In this document: in pieces, positions 28,584 to 38,691 of the stretch | Layout: each line of letters starts with the position of its first letter | Numbering within the stretch: the stretch's first letter is position 1 | Assembly (NCBI GenBank): GCA_037441645.1 | Contig: JBBIRU010000020.1 | Span: 13,064-77,063 of the forward strand | Length of the DNA stretch: 64,000 nt | Direction of reading: 5' to 3' | Origin: Bacteroidota bacterium | GTDB taxonomy: Bacteria; Bacteroidota; Bacteroidia; Bacteroidales; GWA2-32-17 | Program-made: the position numbers and the translations under genes | The notes under the pieces: model-generated | Databases searched by the model: none | The model's input: only the letters and a program-made list of their open reading frames with translations | What the model was told of the DNA's origin: nothing

Positions 28584-28615
28584 TATTTATTTTTTTGCAA
28601 AACTACCAAAAGAAA

Positions 28616-29041
28616 TTAAAAGATTAAATCCCAAAGATAAACCAGCACAATATATCTTGCCAGTTTCCCTGCAGTCATAAAGATTAAAACTCTCCAGGTA
28701 TTTATTTTTAAAAGGCCCAGTGTAACTGCTATGGCATCTCCCACCCCGGGCAACCAGGTAAGAAAAGCTGCCAGTCCTGTATATTTTCTAACCCTTTCCC
28801 TTATTTTCTCAATTTTCGGTTTCGGAATTCTGAAATATTTTTCAATCCATTCCCATTTTCCCAGCCACCCGACTCCATAACTCGACATACCCCCCAGCGT
28901 ATTGCCAATGGTTGCAATGGTTATTGTCCAGAAAGGATCGAATCCGGATGCTACCATTGTCACAACCAACGCATCGGAACTGAAAGGAATTATTGTAGCA
29001 GCAAGAAACGAAGCAAGAAACAAACCGGAGTAACCTATCAC
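28616..29041 (-). CDS. YqaA/DedA (VTT) family membrane protein
   Basis: SFLAATIIPFSSD, GNTLGG, WLPGVGD, GKLARY. Confidence 0.9.
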   Translation of the reverse strand: MIGYSGLFLASFLAATIIPFSSDALVVTMVASGFDPFWTITIATIGNTLGGMSSYGVGWLGKWEWIEKYFRIPKPKIEKIRERVRKYTGLAAFLTWLPGVGDAIAVTLGLLKINTWRVLIFMTAGKLARYIVLVYLWDLIF

Positions 29042-29117
29042 TTTATTCAGGATTTACGAATTAGAATTCAAGATTTTTTACCATTAACTAATAACTTTTG
29101 ACTTTATTTCTATTTTG

Positions 29118-29630
29118 CTATTTGTTTTCAACGGCAAGTACTTCCCCGAGTGTTTCGCTGACAGATGGATAAATTTTTACTACAAGTTCAGTCATTGGAT
29201 TATAAAGAAGAGATTTGTCGCGAATCTCCTGTTTTATAAACTCGCCGCCTCTGTCATATTTATTTAGCAGCAAAAGAACAATTCCCATAATAATAAAGGT
29301 TTTTGCCGCTCCTAACACAGCTCCGGCTAACCGGTTTGGCAAGCTCAGCGAAGCCGATTTCACAAGCTTATCTACCCCACGGGCAACAAGAAAAACAATT
29401 AGCATAATTAAAAGAAAAGTTACTGAAAAAGAAATTAATGGCAAATATTCCGATTTTATTTCAAACCATCGTGACAAATACCCGGAAACCCATCCTGAAA
29501 ACTTAATCCCCCCATATATACCCAGCATTAATGCAGCCAGGGAGGCAACCTCAATGATAAATCCTTTGGTAAATCCCTTATATCCAAACCAGAGCAGAGG
29601 AATTACTAAAATAATATCTATAAAATTCAT
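29118..29630 (-). CDS. cvpA: CvpA family protein
   Basis: MNFIDII...GFTKGFIIE...NRLAGAVLG. Confidence 0.88.
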   Translation of the reverse strand: MNFIDIILVIPLLWFGYKGFTKGFIIEVASLAALMLGIYGGIKFSGWVSGYLSRWFEIKSEYLPLISFSVTFLLIMLIVFLVARGVDKLVKSASLSLPNRLAGAVLGAAKTFIIMGIVLLLLNKYDRGGEFIKQEIRDKSLLYNPMTELVVKIYPSVSETLGEVLAVENK

Positions 29631-29721
29631 GATTCATTTGTTTTTTCATCAAAAGTAGAATTCAAATTCACGAATAAAAAGAAATTTTAGGTAATATTGA
29701 AAAGAATTTGAAGATTCCATT

Positions 29722-31236
29722 ATGCCCCTCATAAATTCTATCGTAAGCTGGATAAATATTAAGCGGATATCACAGATTGATTTGTTTCGCAAGTACCCTG
29801 TTGATGTCCAGCTTGAAACATTATCAAAACTTCTCAGGAAAGCAAAAGATACTGAAATCGGAAAAAAATATGATTTCGATTCCATTTCTTCCCTTGACGA
29901 TTTTCAGTCAAGAATACCGCTTCAGGATTATGAACAACTGAAAGAATCAGTAAACCGCCTTCGAAAATGCGAACAGAGTATTTTATGGCCGTCAGAAATC
30001 AAATGGTTCGCCAAATCATCCGGAACTACCTGCGACAAAAGTAAATTCATTCCGGTAAGCAAAGAAGCCCTTGAAGAATGTCATTTCCGGGGCGGAAAAG
30101 ACATTATCGCCATATATGGTTCGCTGCTTCCTAACAATAATCTATTTAAAGGAAAAGCATTGGCTTTAGGAGGAAGTCATTATGTTAACGAGTTCAGCAA
30201 CGAATCGTATTATGGCGATCTTTCAGCTGTACTTATGCAAAATCTTCCGTTCTGGGCAGAATTTTTGCGTACCCCTAACCTCGAAATTGCTCTCATGGAC
30301 GAATGGGAAAGCAAGATTGAGAAAATGGCCCAGGCAACATTAAAGGAAAATGTTACAAGTATTGCCGGAGTTCCTTCCTGGACTCTTGTTTTATTAAAAC
30401 GGATACTTGAAATTACGGGAAAAAACGATATCTCCGAAATCTGGCCGAACCTGGAACTTTTTGTTCACGGTGGCGTATGTTTTACTCCCTACCGCGACCA
30501 GTTTAAAAAACTCATTTCTTCGCCCGCCATGAACTATCTCGAAACATATAATGCTTCCGAAGGTTTTTTTGCCATCCAGGATGATCTTTCAACCTTCGAT
30601 ATGTTGCTTATGCTTGACTATGGAATCTTTTACGAATTTATTTCCATGGACGAATTTCATAAGGAAAATCCTAAAGCATTAACCATTGGCGAGGTAGAAA
30701 CCGGCAAAAATTATGCACTTGTTATTACAACAAATGCAGGATTATGGAGATATGTTATTGGCGATACCGTTAAATTCACTTCTCTTTATCCTCATAAAAT
30801 TGCAATAACCGGCCGAACCAAACATTTTATCAACGCATTTGGCGAAGAGCTTATTATAGAGAATGCCGAACAAGCCTTAAAAATTGCCTGTGAAAAAACC
30901 CATGCCCAGATAAAAGAATATACTGCAGGACCCATATACATGTCAGAGAGAGAAAAAGGTGCACACGAATGGCTCTTTGAATTCAGCAACCCACCTTCCA
31001 ATATGGATTATTTTATGGAAATCCTGGACAATGCTCTAAAAGCAGCCAATTCTGATTATGAAGCCAAACGATATAAAAATTTAAGTCTCGATTTTCCACG
31101 ATATTTAATTTTACAGGAGGGCACTTTTTACAACTGGCTAAAAGCAAAAGGCAAACTGGGCGGACAGCATAAAATTCCCAGGCTGGCCAATCACCGGGAA
31201 TATATTAACGAACTGTTAACCCTGAATAATTCATGA
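29722..31236 (+). CDS. GH3 auxin-responsive-promoter family acyl-adenylate protein
   Basis: AKSSGTT, YNASEG, GLWRYVIGD, GGQHKIPRL. Confidence 0.93.
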   Translation: MPLINSIVSWINIKRISQIDLFRKYPVDVQLETLSKLLRKAKDTEIGKKYDFDSISSLDDFQSRIPLQDYEQLKESVNRLRKCEQSILWPSEIKWFAKSSGTTCDKSKFIPVSKEALEECHFRGGKDIIAIYGSLLPNNNLFKGKALALGGSHYVNEFSNESYYGDLSAVLMQNLPFWAEFLRTPNLEIALMDEWESKIEKMAQATLKENVTSIAGVPSWTLVLLKRILEITGKNDISEIWPNLELFVHGGVCFTPYRDQFKKLISSPAMNYLETYNASEGFFAIQDDLSTFDMLLMLDYGIFYEFISMDEFHKENPKALTIGEVETGKNYALVITTNAGLWRYVIGDTVKFTSLYPHKIAITGRTKHFINAFGEELIIENAEQALKIACEKTHAQIKEYTAGPIYMSEREKGAHEWLFEFSNPPSNMDYFMEILDNALKAANSDYEAKRYKNLSLDFPRYLILQEGTFYNWLKAKGKLGGQHKIPRLANHREYINELLTLNNS

Positions 31237-32012
31237 AAATAGTTGTTCTCTTTCTCTTCTTAATTTTATCTCTAAGCACAGTAATAGAGCCTTCTAAAAA
31301 CTTTCCGGTTCAATCCGATTTCATTCTAACCGATGCTATCGGAAATATTTATTCGGTAAAGGGTAATAGCATTACAACTTATAATAGTGAGGGCCAAAAA
31401 GTATTTACTTATTCGAATCCCTTTTTAGGAAATATTTCTTTTGTGGATGTTAAGGACCCTATGAGAATATTATTATATTTTAAAGATTTTAACCAGGTTA
31501 TTTTTCTTTCCAATAAACTCAGCGAAATAGGAAGCCCTATTGAGCTCGATAATGCTGGTTATAGCCAGGTTAGCATTTGCTGTACCTCAAATCAGGGTAG
31601 TTTCTGGCTTTTCGATTCACAATCGCTACAGTTAATTCAACTGAACGAAAACCTGGAACCTGTTCATAAAGGAACTTTACTTCAGTATGTTTTAAAGAAA
31701 AACAATGTTATTCCATCTTGTCTTCTTGAAGAAAATGATGAAATTTATATGTCGATACCCGGCACCGGAATTCTTATCTTTGACAAATTCGGAACCTACC
31801 GGAAAACATTACCCGTAATTAATGCCAGCAGTTTCCAGGTAAAAGGAGAAAAAATTATTTTTTATAATAGCAATAACCTCTATTCCATTTCAAAAGATCT
31901 TCAAACTGACTCGATATCGCTACCGTCAGGCTTAAAAATAACCTCCGCTTCACTTTTTAAAAATCTTTTGTTTACCTCAAACGGTAAAGAACTTTTTCTT
32001 TTTAATCTTTAA
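31233..32012 (+). CDS. Hypothetical secreted protein
   Basis: Signal peptide; ATGA overlap with the GH3 stop; beta-propeller-like pattern. Confidence 0.75.
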   Translation: MKIVVLFLFLILSLSTVIEPSKNFPVQSDFILTDAIGNIYSVKGNSITTYNSEGQKVFTYSNPFLGNISFVDVKDPMRILLYFKDFNQVIFLSNKLSEIGSPIELDNAGYSQVSICCTSNQGSFWLFDSQSLQLIQLNENLEPVHKGTLLQYVLKKNNVIPSCLLEENDEIYMSIPGTGILIFDKFGTYRKTLPVINASSFQVKGEKIIFYNSNNLYSISKDLQTDSISLPSGLKITSASLFKNLLFTSNGKELFLFNL

Positions 32013-32078
32013 ATTTTAAATTGAAAATATTAAATCAGAAAAATATTGTAATTTCGGATAATTAAAAAAAACGTTATT

Positions 32079-32708
32079 ATGGGAATGCATATAGCCGTTG
32101 CAGGCAACATTGGAGCTGGCAAAACAACACTCACAGGCTTACTGGCAAAACACTATAAATGGGAGGCACATTACGAAGATGTGGAAGAGAATCCTTACCT
32201 CAACGATTTTTATGAAGATATGCACCGCTGGTCGTTTAACCTCCAGATTTATTTTCTGAACAGCCGCTTTAACCAGATAGTAGAGATAAGAAAATCGCCA
32301 AAAACCGTTATACAGGATCGTACTATATATGAGGATGCTTTTATTTTTGCTCCTAACCTTCATTCTATGGGTTTAATGTCATCCCGTGATTTCGAAAACT
32401 ATTTTACTCTCTTTAATCTAATGACTTCCCTGATTCAGCCTCCCGATTTATTGATTTATTTACGGGCTTCTGTTCCGCGTCTTGTAGAACAAATTCAGAA
32501 ACGGGGACGAAAGTATGAAAGCGGTATACGACTCGATTATCTGAAAAAATTAAATGAGCGCTACGAAGCATGGATTTCCGGCTATAACAATAGTAAAATT
32601 TTAATCATTGACATTGACAAAAATAATTTCCACGAAAAAACAGAAGATTTAAGGGAAATTATAAACAAGATCGATGCTGAGTTGCATGGTCTGTTTCCTT
32701 CAAAATAA
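32079..32708 (+). CDS. Deoxynucleoside kinase
   Basis: GNIGAGKTT P-loop; QDRTIYED; PDLLIYL. Confidence 0.95.
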   Translation: MGMHIAVAGNIGAGKTTLTGLLAKHYKWEAHYEDVEENPYLNDFYEDMHRWSFNLQIYFLNSRFNQIVEIRKSPKTVIQDRTIYEDAFIFAPNLHSMGLMSSRDFENYFTLFNLMTSLIQPPDLLIYLRASVPRLVEQIQKRGRKYESGIRLDYLKKLNERYEAWISGYNNSKILIIDIDKNNFHEKTEDLREIINKIDAELHGLFPSK

Positions 32709-32813
32709 TTTTCCGGAGTTTTAATCTTATTTCTTAAAATTTTTAAAACCGGCATTTAGGTAAAATGTTGCCTGAATGTTTTCAACAAATTGTAAAATAA
32801 GGTCAGGACTTTT

Positions 32814-33065
32814 GTGCCGTATTGCACCGAGGCTGCAAAAACCTTTTCAGGAGATGCATTCCCTGTTTTTCACTCATCCTGTATTGATTGCCATTTCTCC
32901 GGCAGTGGGCAAACTCCGCTGGATAACTATTCAAACATAGCAGTAGCAAAAAATTCTGTCAGAAATGTAATTATTAATGGGAGTATGCCCAGAAGCGGTT
33001 CGTTAACAGATGCTCAGAAAAACGCCATCATTTGCCGGATAAATAATGGAGTTCCTGATAATTAA
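32814..33065 (+). pseudogene. Monoheme cytochrome c-like fragment lacking a signal peptide
   Basis: CIDCH heme motif and GSMP axial-Met motif; no export signal; GTG start. Confidence 0.5.
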
Positions 33066-33077
33066 AACTAAGAAAAG

Positions 33078-33944
33078 TTAATTTTCAATGATTTCGTTTC
33101 TGAATTTTTTAACTTCGGAATAAACATTTTTTATTTGACTTTTATCGAAATTAACTTTTTCTATCCGTCCGGAAGTTTTATTTGTATGAAAACTTAATTT
33201 CAGTTTCTCCATTTCATTCTTCAGGGTTCCAAGGTTACGCAGGAAATCATCGGGTCTGTTCTCGGCGATGTTATCAAACAAGCTGATTAAATTTTTTAAC
33301 TGAATCTGATGTTGAAGCAAAAGCTGGCTTAATTCACGGGAAGGCCTACCTGCCTTCTTAAGAGTTCCTTCGATATTAGGAAAGCTCGACAGGGTAAGAT
33401 ATAATCCTTCAATATACATCCCGGTAAGCAGATATAGCCCGCTGGCTTCCGCATTACTTCCGATCAGGTAATTATTAATTTCACCCTGAAGGGAATTCAA
33501 ATATATTTTTACAGAATCTTTTGAATCTTTATTTTCACGGAAATTAACCATGATCTTTGTTAGCCTGGGATTATTAAGTTGGAGGTCCTTTAAAAGATTG
33601 TCTATTTTATCCATAAAAATAAATGCCGTAGGCTGTTGATCATACATGTAAGCATAGTTAAAATCAACAATGTACACACCAAGGTTCATGAATTTTTTGC
33701 TGCTTACGCCAAAAACTCCGTCAAATTTACGTGTATCATCAATTAATTTATCTGAGTAGAGATTTCCGGTTTCTTTTAAAACAGAGGCCACAAATGCAGG
33801 AGAGGGAACGGAATATACAGTAAGTTCATTTGAGTTAATGGAACTATCAGCATTTACTATAATGTTATCAGATGATTCCGGATTTGAACCGGAACAAGCC
33901 CAGATAAATAAAGAAATAATAAAGAGTAGTATATAAATTTTCAT
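33078..33944 (-). CDS. Hypothetical lipoprotein
   Basis: Lipobox IWAC; PSP...NLGVYIVD pattern; helical. Confidence 0.8.
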   Translation of the reverse strand: MKIYILLFIISLFIWACSGSNPESSDNIIVNADSSINSNELTVYSVPSPAFVASVLKETGNLYSDKLIDDTRKFDGVFGVSSKKFMNLGVYIVDFNYAYMYDQQPTAFIFMDKIDNLLKDLQLNNPRLTKIMVNFRENKDSKDSVKIYLNSLQGEINNYLIGSNAEASGLYLLTGMYIEGLYLTLSSFPNIEGTLKKAGRPSRELSQLLLQHQIQLKNLISLFDNIAENRPDDFLRNLGTLKNEMEKLKLSFHTNKTSGRIEKVNFDKSQIKNVYSEVKKFRNEIIEN

Positions 33945-33954
33945 AAAAAGTCCT

Positions 33955-35112
33955 TTAATTACTGAAAATCACTTTTTCGTCAATCACTTTTTCTTTGCTT
34001 AATTTTCCTCTGACAATGTACACTCCGGGTTTATAAACATTATTAACGTCGAGCGTTAAAGATGTTGAATTGTCAGCAACCGGGGCAGTTCTGGTTGTAA
34101 CAACATTTCCTAGTGCATCATAAATGTATACTGTAAACCCATCTCTGGCAGCCTGGGGACAATCTTCAAGCACTATCTGGCATTCGCCCAGGCAAGGGTT
34201 GGGGCGAATACTCATTTTGCAATCCTGTTGCAGATTTTCGTTAACTACTGAGATCATCTCTGAATAAGTGTATTTACCATCAAAATCTACCTGTTTAATC
34301 CGGTAATAATTTGTTCCTGCTACAGGAGAATAATCATCAACTGAATATTGATGAATAATATTTGATGTTCCTGCGCCCTGTACAACAGTTACAGTCTGAA
34401 AAGCATCTCCGGAGGCGCTTCTTTCAACTTCAAAATGATCATTATTAATCTCTGCCGAAGTAGCCCATTTTAATTGTACTTTCTCTTTATCTGAAGAACC
34501 TGAGAAAGAAGCTAAAGTGATAGGCAAACTGGCTGATTTAAATAACTCATAGGTATCCTGTAAATAGGGAGTTCCCACCATTAAAGTACTGCCCGAGCCT
34601 CCGCCTCCTCCGGTTGTATGCAATGTTATTTTTTCACTGTTATTGTTGGTTCTCATTATTATTCTGAAAGTAATATCGCTTCCCGGGTTTACTTCAGATA
34701 CCCGGTAACCATAAGTTGTTGGGCTTCCTGAAAGATCATCCCCTTCTATATGAGCTAAATCTTCCCAGCCATGATCATCAATTTTGTACTGAATCAATAT
34801 ATCATCATCACTTTCCAGTGTTCCTGATTTTGAAAAAGTAAGATTTAAAGGAACGTCAAATTTCGGATCTAATGCAGGGTCGCCGGGAAGATTAATAACA
34901 GCTGTAGCTAATGTACACCTGGCATTCTTTACAGCCCACTGCGATGAAGTCAGCACATCGTAACAACTTACCGAATATGTTGACGGATTATCCAGATCCA
35001 GTTCATACAACGAACCGTCATTAAAAGAAGGATCAGAAGAAGGTGCAGTAAATAATAACATCGCCAACAGCAATAAAGGAAATGTTAAAATAAAAGCAAT
35101 TTTTCTTTTCAT
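33955..35112 (-). CDS. T9SS type A sorting domain protein
   Basis: LPITLASF...WATSAEINNDHFEVERS...YYRIKQVDFDG; PNP...IYDALG...GVYIV CTD. Confidence 0.88.
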   Translation of the reverse strand: MKRKIAFILTFPLLLLAMLLFTAPSSDPSFNDGSLYELDLDNPSTYSVSCYDVLTSSQWAVKNARCTLATAVINLPGDPALDPKFDVPLNLTFSKSGTLESDDDILIQYKIDDHGWEDLAHIEGDDLSGSPTTYGYRVSEVNPGSDITFRIIMRTNNNSEKITLHTTGGGGGSGSTLMVGTPYLQDTYELFKSASLPITLASFSGSSDKEKVQLKWATSAEINNDHFEVERSASGDAFQTVTVVQGAGTSNIIHQYSVDDYSPVAGTNYYRIKQVDFDGKYTYSEMISVVNENLQQDCKMSIRPNPCLGECQIVLEDCPQAARDGFTVYIYDALGNVVTTRTAPVADNSTSLTLDVNNVYKPGVYIVRGKLSKEKVIDEKVIFSN

Positions 35113-35174
35113 AACCTGCGAATTAGGAGATAAAAATAAGAAATTTTTAATTCCAAAGAGAAATTTAAAGGATA

Positions 35175-38100
35175 TTATTTAATTGACAGTTTTGTAACAC
35201 CGATCACCTTAGCCTGTTTATTTACCAGCTTTACAAAGTACATTCCCTTTTCAAATTCCAATGTATTTATTTTGATTTCACCGGAAGCAATGTTTTCGAA
35301 AGATTTTATAAGCCTTCCCGCTATGTCTATTATTTCGACATTATACCATCCGGGTTGAGAAATTCCTAACGTTGTGTAATTATGAGCAGGGTTAGGATAA
35401 ATTGAGATATTCTCTTTATTAATCTGGTTAACCCCTGTCAATGTAACAGTAATATCCTGACATGCAACAAGAGTATCACAATTCTGAACAGTCAGGCATA
35501 CCTGGTATGTTCCTTCTGAAACGTAAGTATGGGTTGGATTTGCAGAAGAAGAAGTTGTTCCGTCGCCAAAAGTCCACAGATATATACTGTTTTCTGTTGA
35601 AGTATTTGTAAATTGAACTATTAAATCATTTGCCTGGTATGTAAATCCGGCAGTACTGGCAGGAGGGCCTGAAAGAGTTATATTTGAAGCTGTAGTACAT
35701 CCATTTGAATCAGTAATGGTAACCGAATAATTTCCTGCTGTTAAATTCTGTGCCATTTGTGTCGTCTGGCCATTTGACCATAAATAGGTATAAGGAGATA
35801 GCCCATTTTCAACATTTACAAATGCAATTCCATTTGAGCTCCAGTCGCATGTGGGGTTTAAAAAAGTGAACGATGTCATTAACTCCAGAGGCTGATTTAA
35901 ATCTAAAGAAGCAACGGCATGGCAACCTACATTATCCGTAACTGTAACAGATACTAATCCTGCACATAAATCAGTACAGATATCGGAAAGTAATAAACTA
36001 TTAAAATGGCTTTGACCATTAGACCATTCAAAATTATAAGGTGATATTAAACCTGATCCGTTAATATTTACATGTGCCATACCATTACATAATCCATTAC
36101 AGGTTGGCATTTGATTCTGAAAAACTGTTGCAGTTAATGTCCCGTCACTAATATTGAAAACTTTAACAGAAGAGCAACCGTTACTGTTTGTAATAGTCAC
36201 AGTGTAAACCCCTGCAGGTAGTCCCGTAATAGTATCTGTCGTATTATTAGTGCCAATGGTGGAAATTCCAGATGACCAAAAATATGAATAAGGTGGTATT
36301 CCTCCTGAAAAAATCTTAACAATTGCAAAACCATCGTTATTACCACAGGTTGAGTTGGCATAACTTCCTGTTAAAGTAAGATCCTGGGGTGGGCTATAGT
36401 TAACCGAATATCCACATACTATTGAACCAGATATCGTTACAGAAATAACATGAGGCTGGGTAGAAAACGGAATGTCAGAAATCGAAAAGTTAACAGGATT
36501 CGAAAACGGGGGAGAAATGGTTTGAGTTATAAAACTGGATTGATCTGTAACTGAAACAATTATTGAATCTTGTGGCAAACTGACATAGATATTTCCATTC
36601 AAATCAAAATGGTTGTTCTGAATACATTGAATATCATCAATAACAATGCTGTCAATGTCACATGTCTGTAAGTTGCAACTCACAGGCGAGAGATAAACCC
36701 CAATATTATTATATCCTGAAACATATAATAAACTGGTATTTCTATCTAATTTAATATCAAAAACATTTTGATCTCCCATCCATAATAATTTCAATTGAGA
36801 CAGTTGGGAAAAAGCTATTCCATCAAAATGATACACTAAAATATTACTGGCTGGCCCTCCAACATATACGTTATCGCAATCATCAACAGCAATTCCGCCC
36901 TGATTTAAAGGAGCATACATGGTTCCCATAAAACCTACCAAAGTAGTTGCCAGTTGTGTACCGTTTAATTTATTATAAGCCGCCAAACTACTTCCATCAT
37001 AATAATAAAGGTAGTTATCGTTAACTGCCAAAGCATTAAATGCATTGGAAGATTGGGCATTTACAGGAAGAATATGATTTGAGGCTTCTATAAACGTATT
37101 AAATCCTGACGGCGCAAGCCAGGCAGGGCCATTGAAGGTATTATTAACCAATTCTAAATTATTATCAACCAGTCCTGTTCCACATATTGTTTGAGCATAA
37201 AGCACAAAGAGTTTTCCATCATAATCTGTAGTGCCACATACAATATCCTGGCAAATCCCGGAAATTCCGGTGAAATTTGCAGTATTTACAGTGCCTGTGA
37301 CCGGATTTATTATTCCTCCATTCAAATTTGACTGTGTACCACCTCCAAATCCAATAATTCTGTTAAAAATAACATCAAATGCCATATCCCAGATTTCAAC
37401 AAAGCTACTGTTTACCTGTGAGATAAAACCATCTGGCACTCCCGTGTCATACAATCTATACACTTGGGCACCAGTACCATTAAAACCTTCTGAAATATAT
37501 ATTTTATTTGCCAGTCTGTCAACCATTAAATTTCCTTCGTATACGTCTGAGGTAGTTACCAGATGTGTCCACAACAATGTCCCCATAGGCGAGAACTTGC
37601 TCACATAAAGTACAGCTGCAGTATAAGCCCTGGTGTATAAATACATATTGTTATTGTCATCAAAATCCACATTGTATCCATAATCATCGCCCGAAATATT
37701 AATTCCATTAACCCATGGATCAATAATTACTTCTTTATTTCTTACAGAATCAGAAATGTTGAAAGTAATAATATTGTTTTGCAAATGAAATGAAGATACT
37801 ATTTCTTTTGAATCGTCCGAATAGTAGCTTCTTGGCGCATGTTCTGTCAGATTATGCAGTGGAGTTTTAATTATAATATTACCATTGCCGTCTGTTAAAA
37901 TTTGGTCAACATCACCCCTATACTTTAACCGGATATCTGAAACATCTGCTCCTGGATTGAGAATAATGTTATATTTTATACCTGAACTATCCGTGGGTAT
38001 TGTATATTCTATATTGATATTTGGGTAAACATTTTTATACATAATCTTTTTATAGCCTTTACTTTTCTCAGAAGAATTTCTAAACGTATAATAATTTGAA

Positions 38101-38489
38101 GATTGGCCTGTAGTTTCGATAGTAATATCATTATTTACGTTTTCCCATTCAGCATTAACATAATAGGATTTCATTTTTAAATTCTCGTATTCTTCATCCT
38201 CTTTTGCAGAATTTTTAGTAGCCCACGAAAATAAATCCTTTTTAACAAATACAGTATCCATTTTTATAATTAAACCTTTATTTGTAAAATAAAATTTTTC
38301 ACTATTTCCGAGATAAGCAAACAAAACTTTTTTCCCATTAATATCGGGAAACTGACCGTTGTTTTCGATGATAGATTTCAACGATTTAATATTAGCATTC
38401 CATGCTTTTTTTTGTGAAAAAGAGCGAACGGAAAATATTAGAAATATTCCGATGAGAACATAAAAAGTACAGATCTTTGGGATTTTCAT
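35175..38489 (-). CDS. T9SS type A cargo with SprB-like repeats and PKD domain
   Basis: IENNGQF/IIDPW N-domain; PYTYLWSNG...LTAGNYSVTITDSNGC; WTFGDG; IYPNP CTD. Confidence 0.88.
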   Translation of the reverse strand: MKIPKICTFYVLIGIFLIFSVRSFSQKKAWNANIKSLKSIIENNGQFPDINGKKVLFAYLGNSEKFYFTNKGLIIKMDTVFVKKDLFSWATKNSAKEDEEYENLKMKSYYVNAEWENVNNDITIETTGQSSNYYTFRNSSEKSKGYKKIMYKNVYPNINIEYTIPTDSSGIKYNIILNPGADVSDIRLKYRGDVDQILTDGNGNIIIKTPLHNLTEHAPRSYYSDDSKEIVSSFHLQNNIITFNISDSVRNKEVIIDPWVNGINISGDDYGYNVDFDDNNNMYLYTRAYTAAVLYVSKFSPMGTLLWTHLVTTSDVYEGNLMVDRLANKIYISEGFNGTGAQVYRLYDTGVPDGFISQVNSSFVEIWDMAFDVIFNRIIGFGGGTQSNLNGGIINPVTGTVNTANFTGISGICQDIVCGTTDYDGKLFVLYAQTICGTGLVDNNLELVNNTFNGPAWLAPSGFNTFIEASNHILPVNAQSSNAFNALAVNDNYLYYYDGSSLAAYNKLNGTQLATTLVGFMGTMYAPLNQGGIAVDDCDNVYVGGPASNILVYHFDGIAFSQLSQLKLLWMGDQNVFDIKLDRNTSLLYVSGYNNIGVYLSPVSCNLQTCDIDSIVIDDIQCIQNNHFDLNGNIYVSLPQDSIIVSVTDQSSFITQTISPPFSNPVNFSISDIPFSTQPHVISVTISGSIVCGYSVNYSPPQDLTLTGSYANSTCGNNDGFAIVKIFSGGIPPYSYFWSSGISTIGTNNTTDTITGLPAGVYTVTITNSNGCSSVKVFNISDGTLTATVFQNQMPTCNGLCNGMAHVNINGSGLISPYNFEWSNGQSHFNSLLLSDICTDLCAGLVSVTVTDNVGCHAVASLDLNQPLELMTSFTFLNPTCDWSSNGIAFVNVENGLSPYTYLWSNGQTTQMAQNLTAGNYSVTITDSNGCTTASNITLSGPPASTAGFTYQANDLIVQFTNTSTENSIYLWTFGDGTTSSSANPTHTYVSEGTYQVCLTVQNCDTLVACQDITVTLTGVNQINKENISIYPNPAHNYTTLGISQPGWYNVEIIDIAGRLIKSFENIASGEIKINTLEFEKGMYFVKLVNKQAKVIGVTKLSIK

Positions 38490-38691
38490 AGTTATTCTTT
38501 TAATAACAATCGTAATAATATAAAAGAGAAGTGTTGAAAAACACTATTTCATTAAAATTTACAACATGCAAAATACAACGAATCTGCTAAAATTCAAAAT
38601 AATAATCAAAAAAAATTAACAAATAAATTAATGTATTTTAGAAAGCTTTACAGGGATTGTGTTACAAATAAAAGAAGTTTATAGAAAAGAA

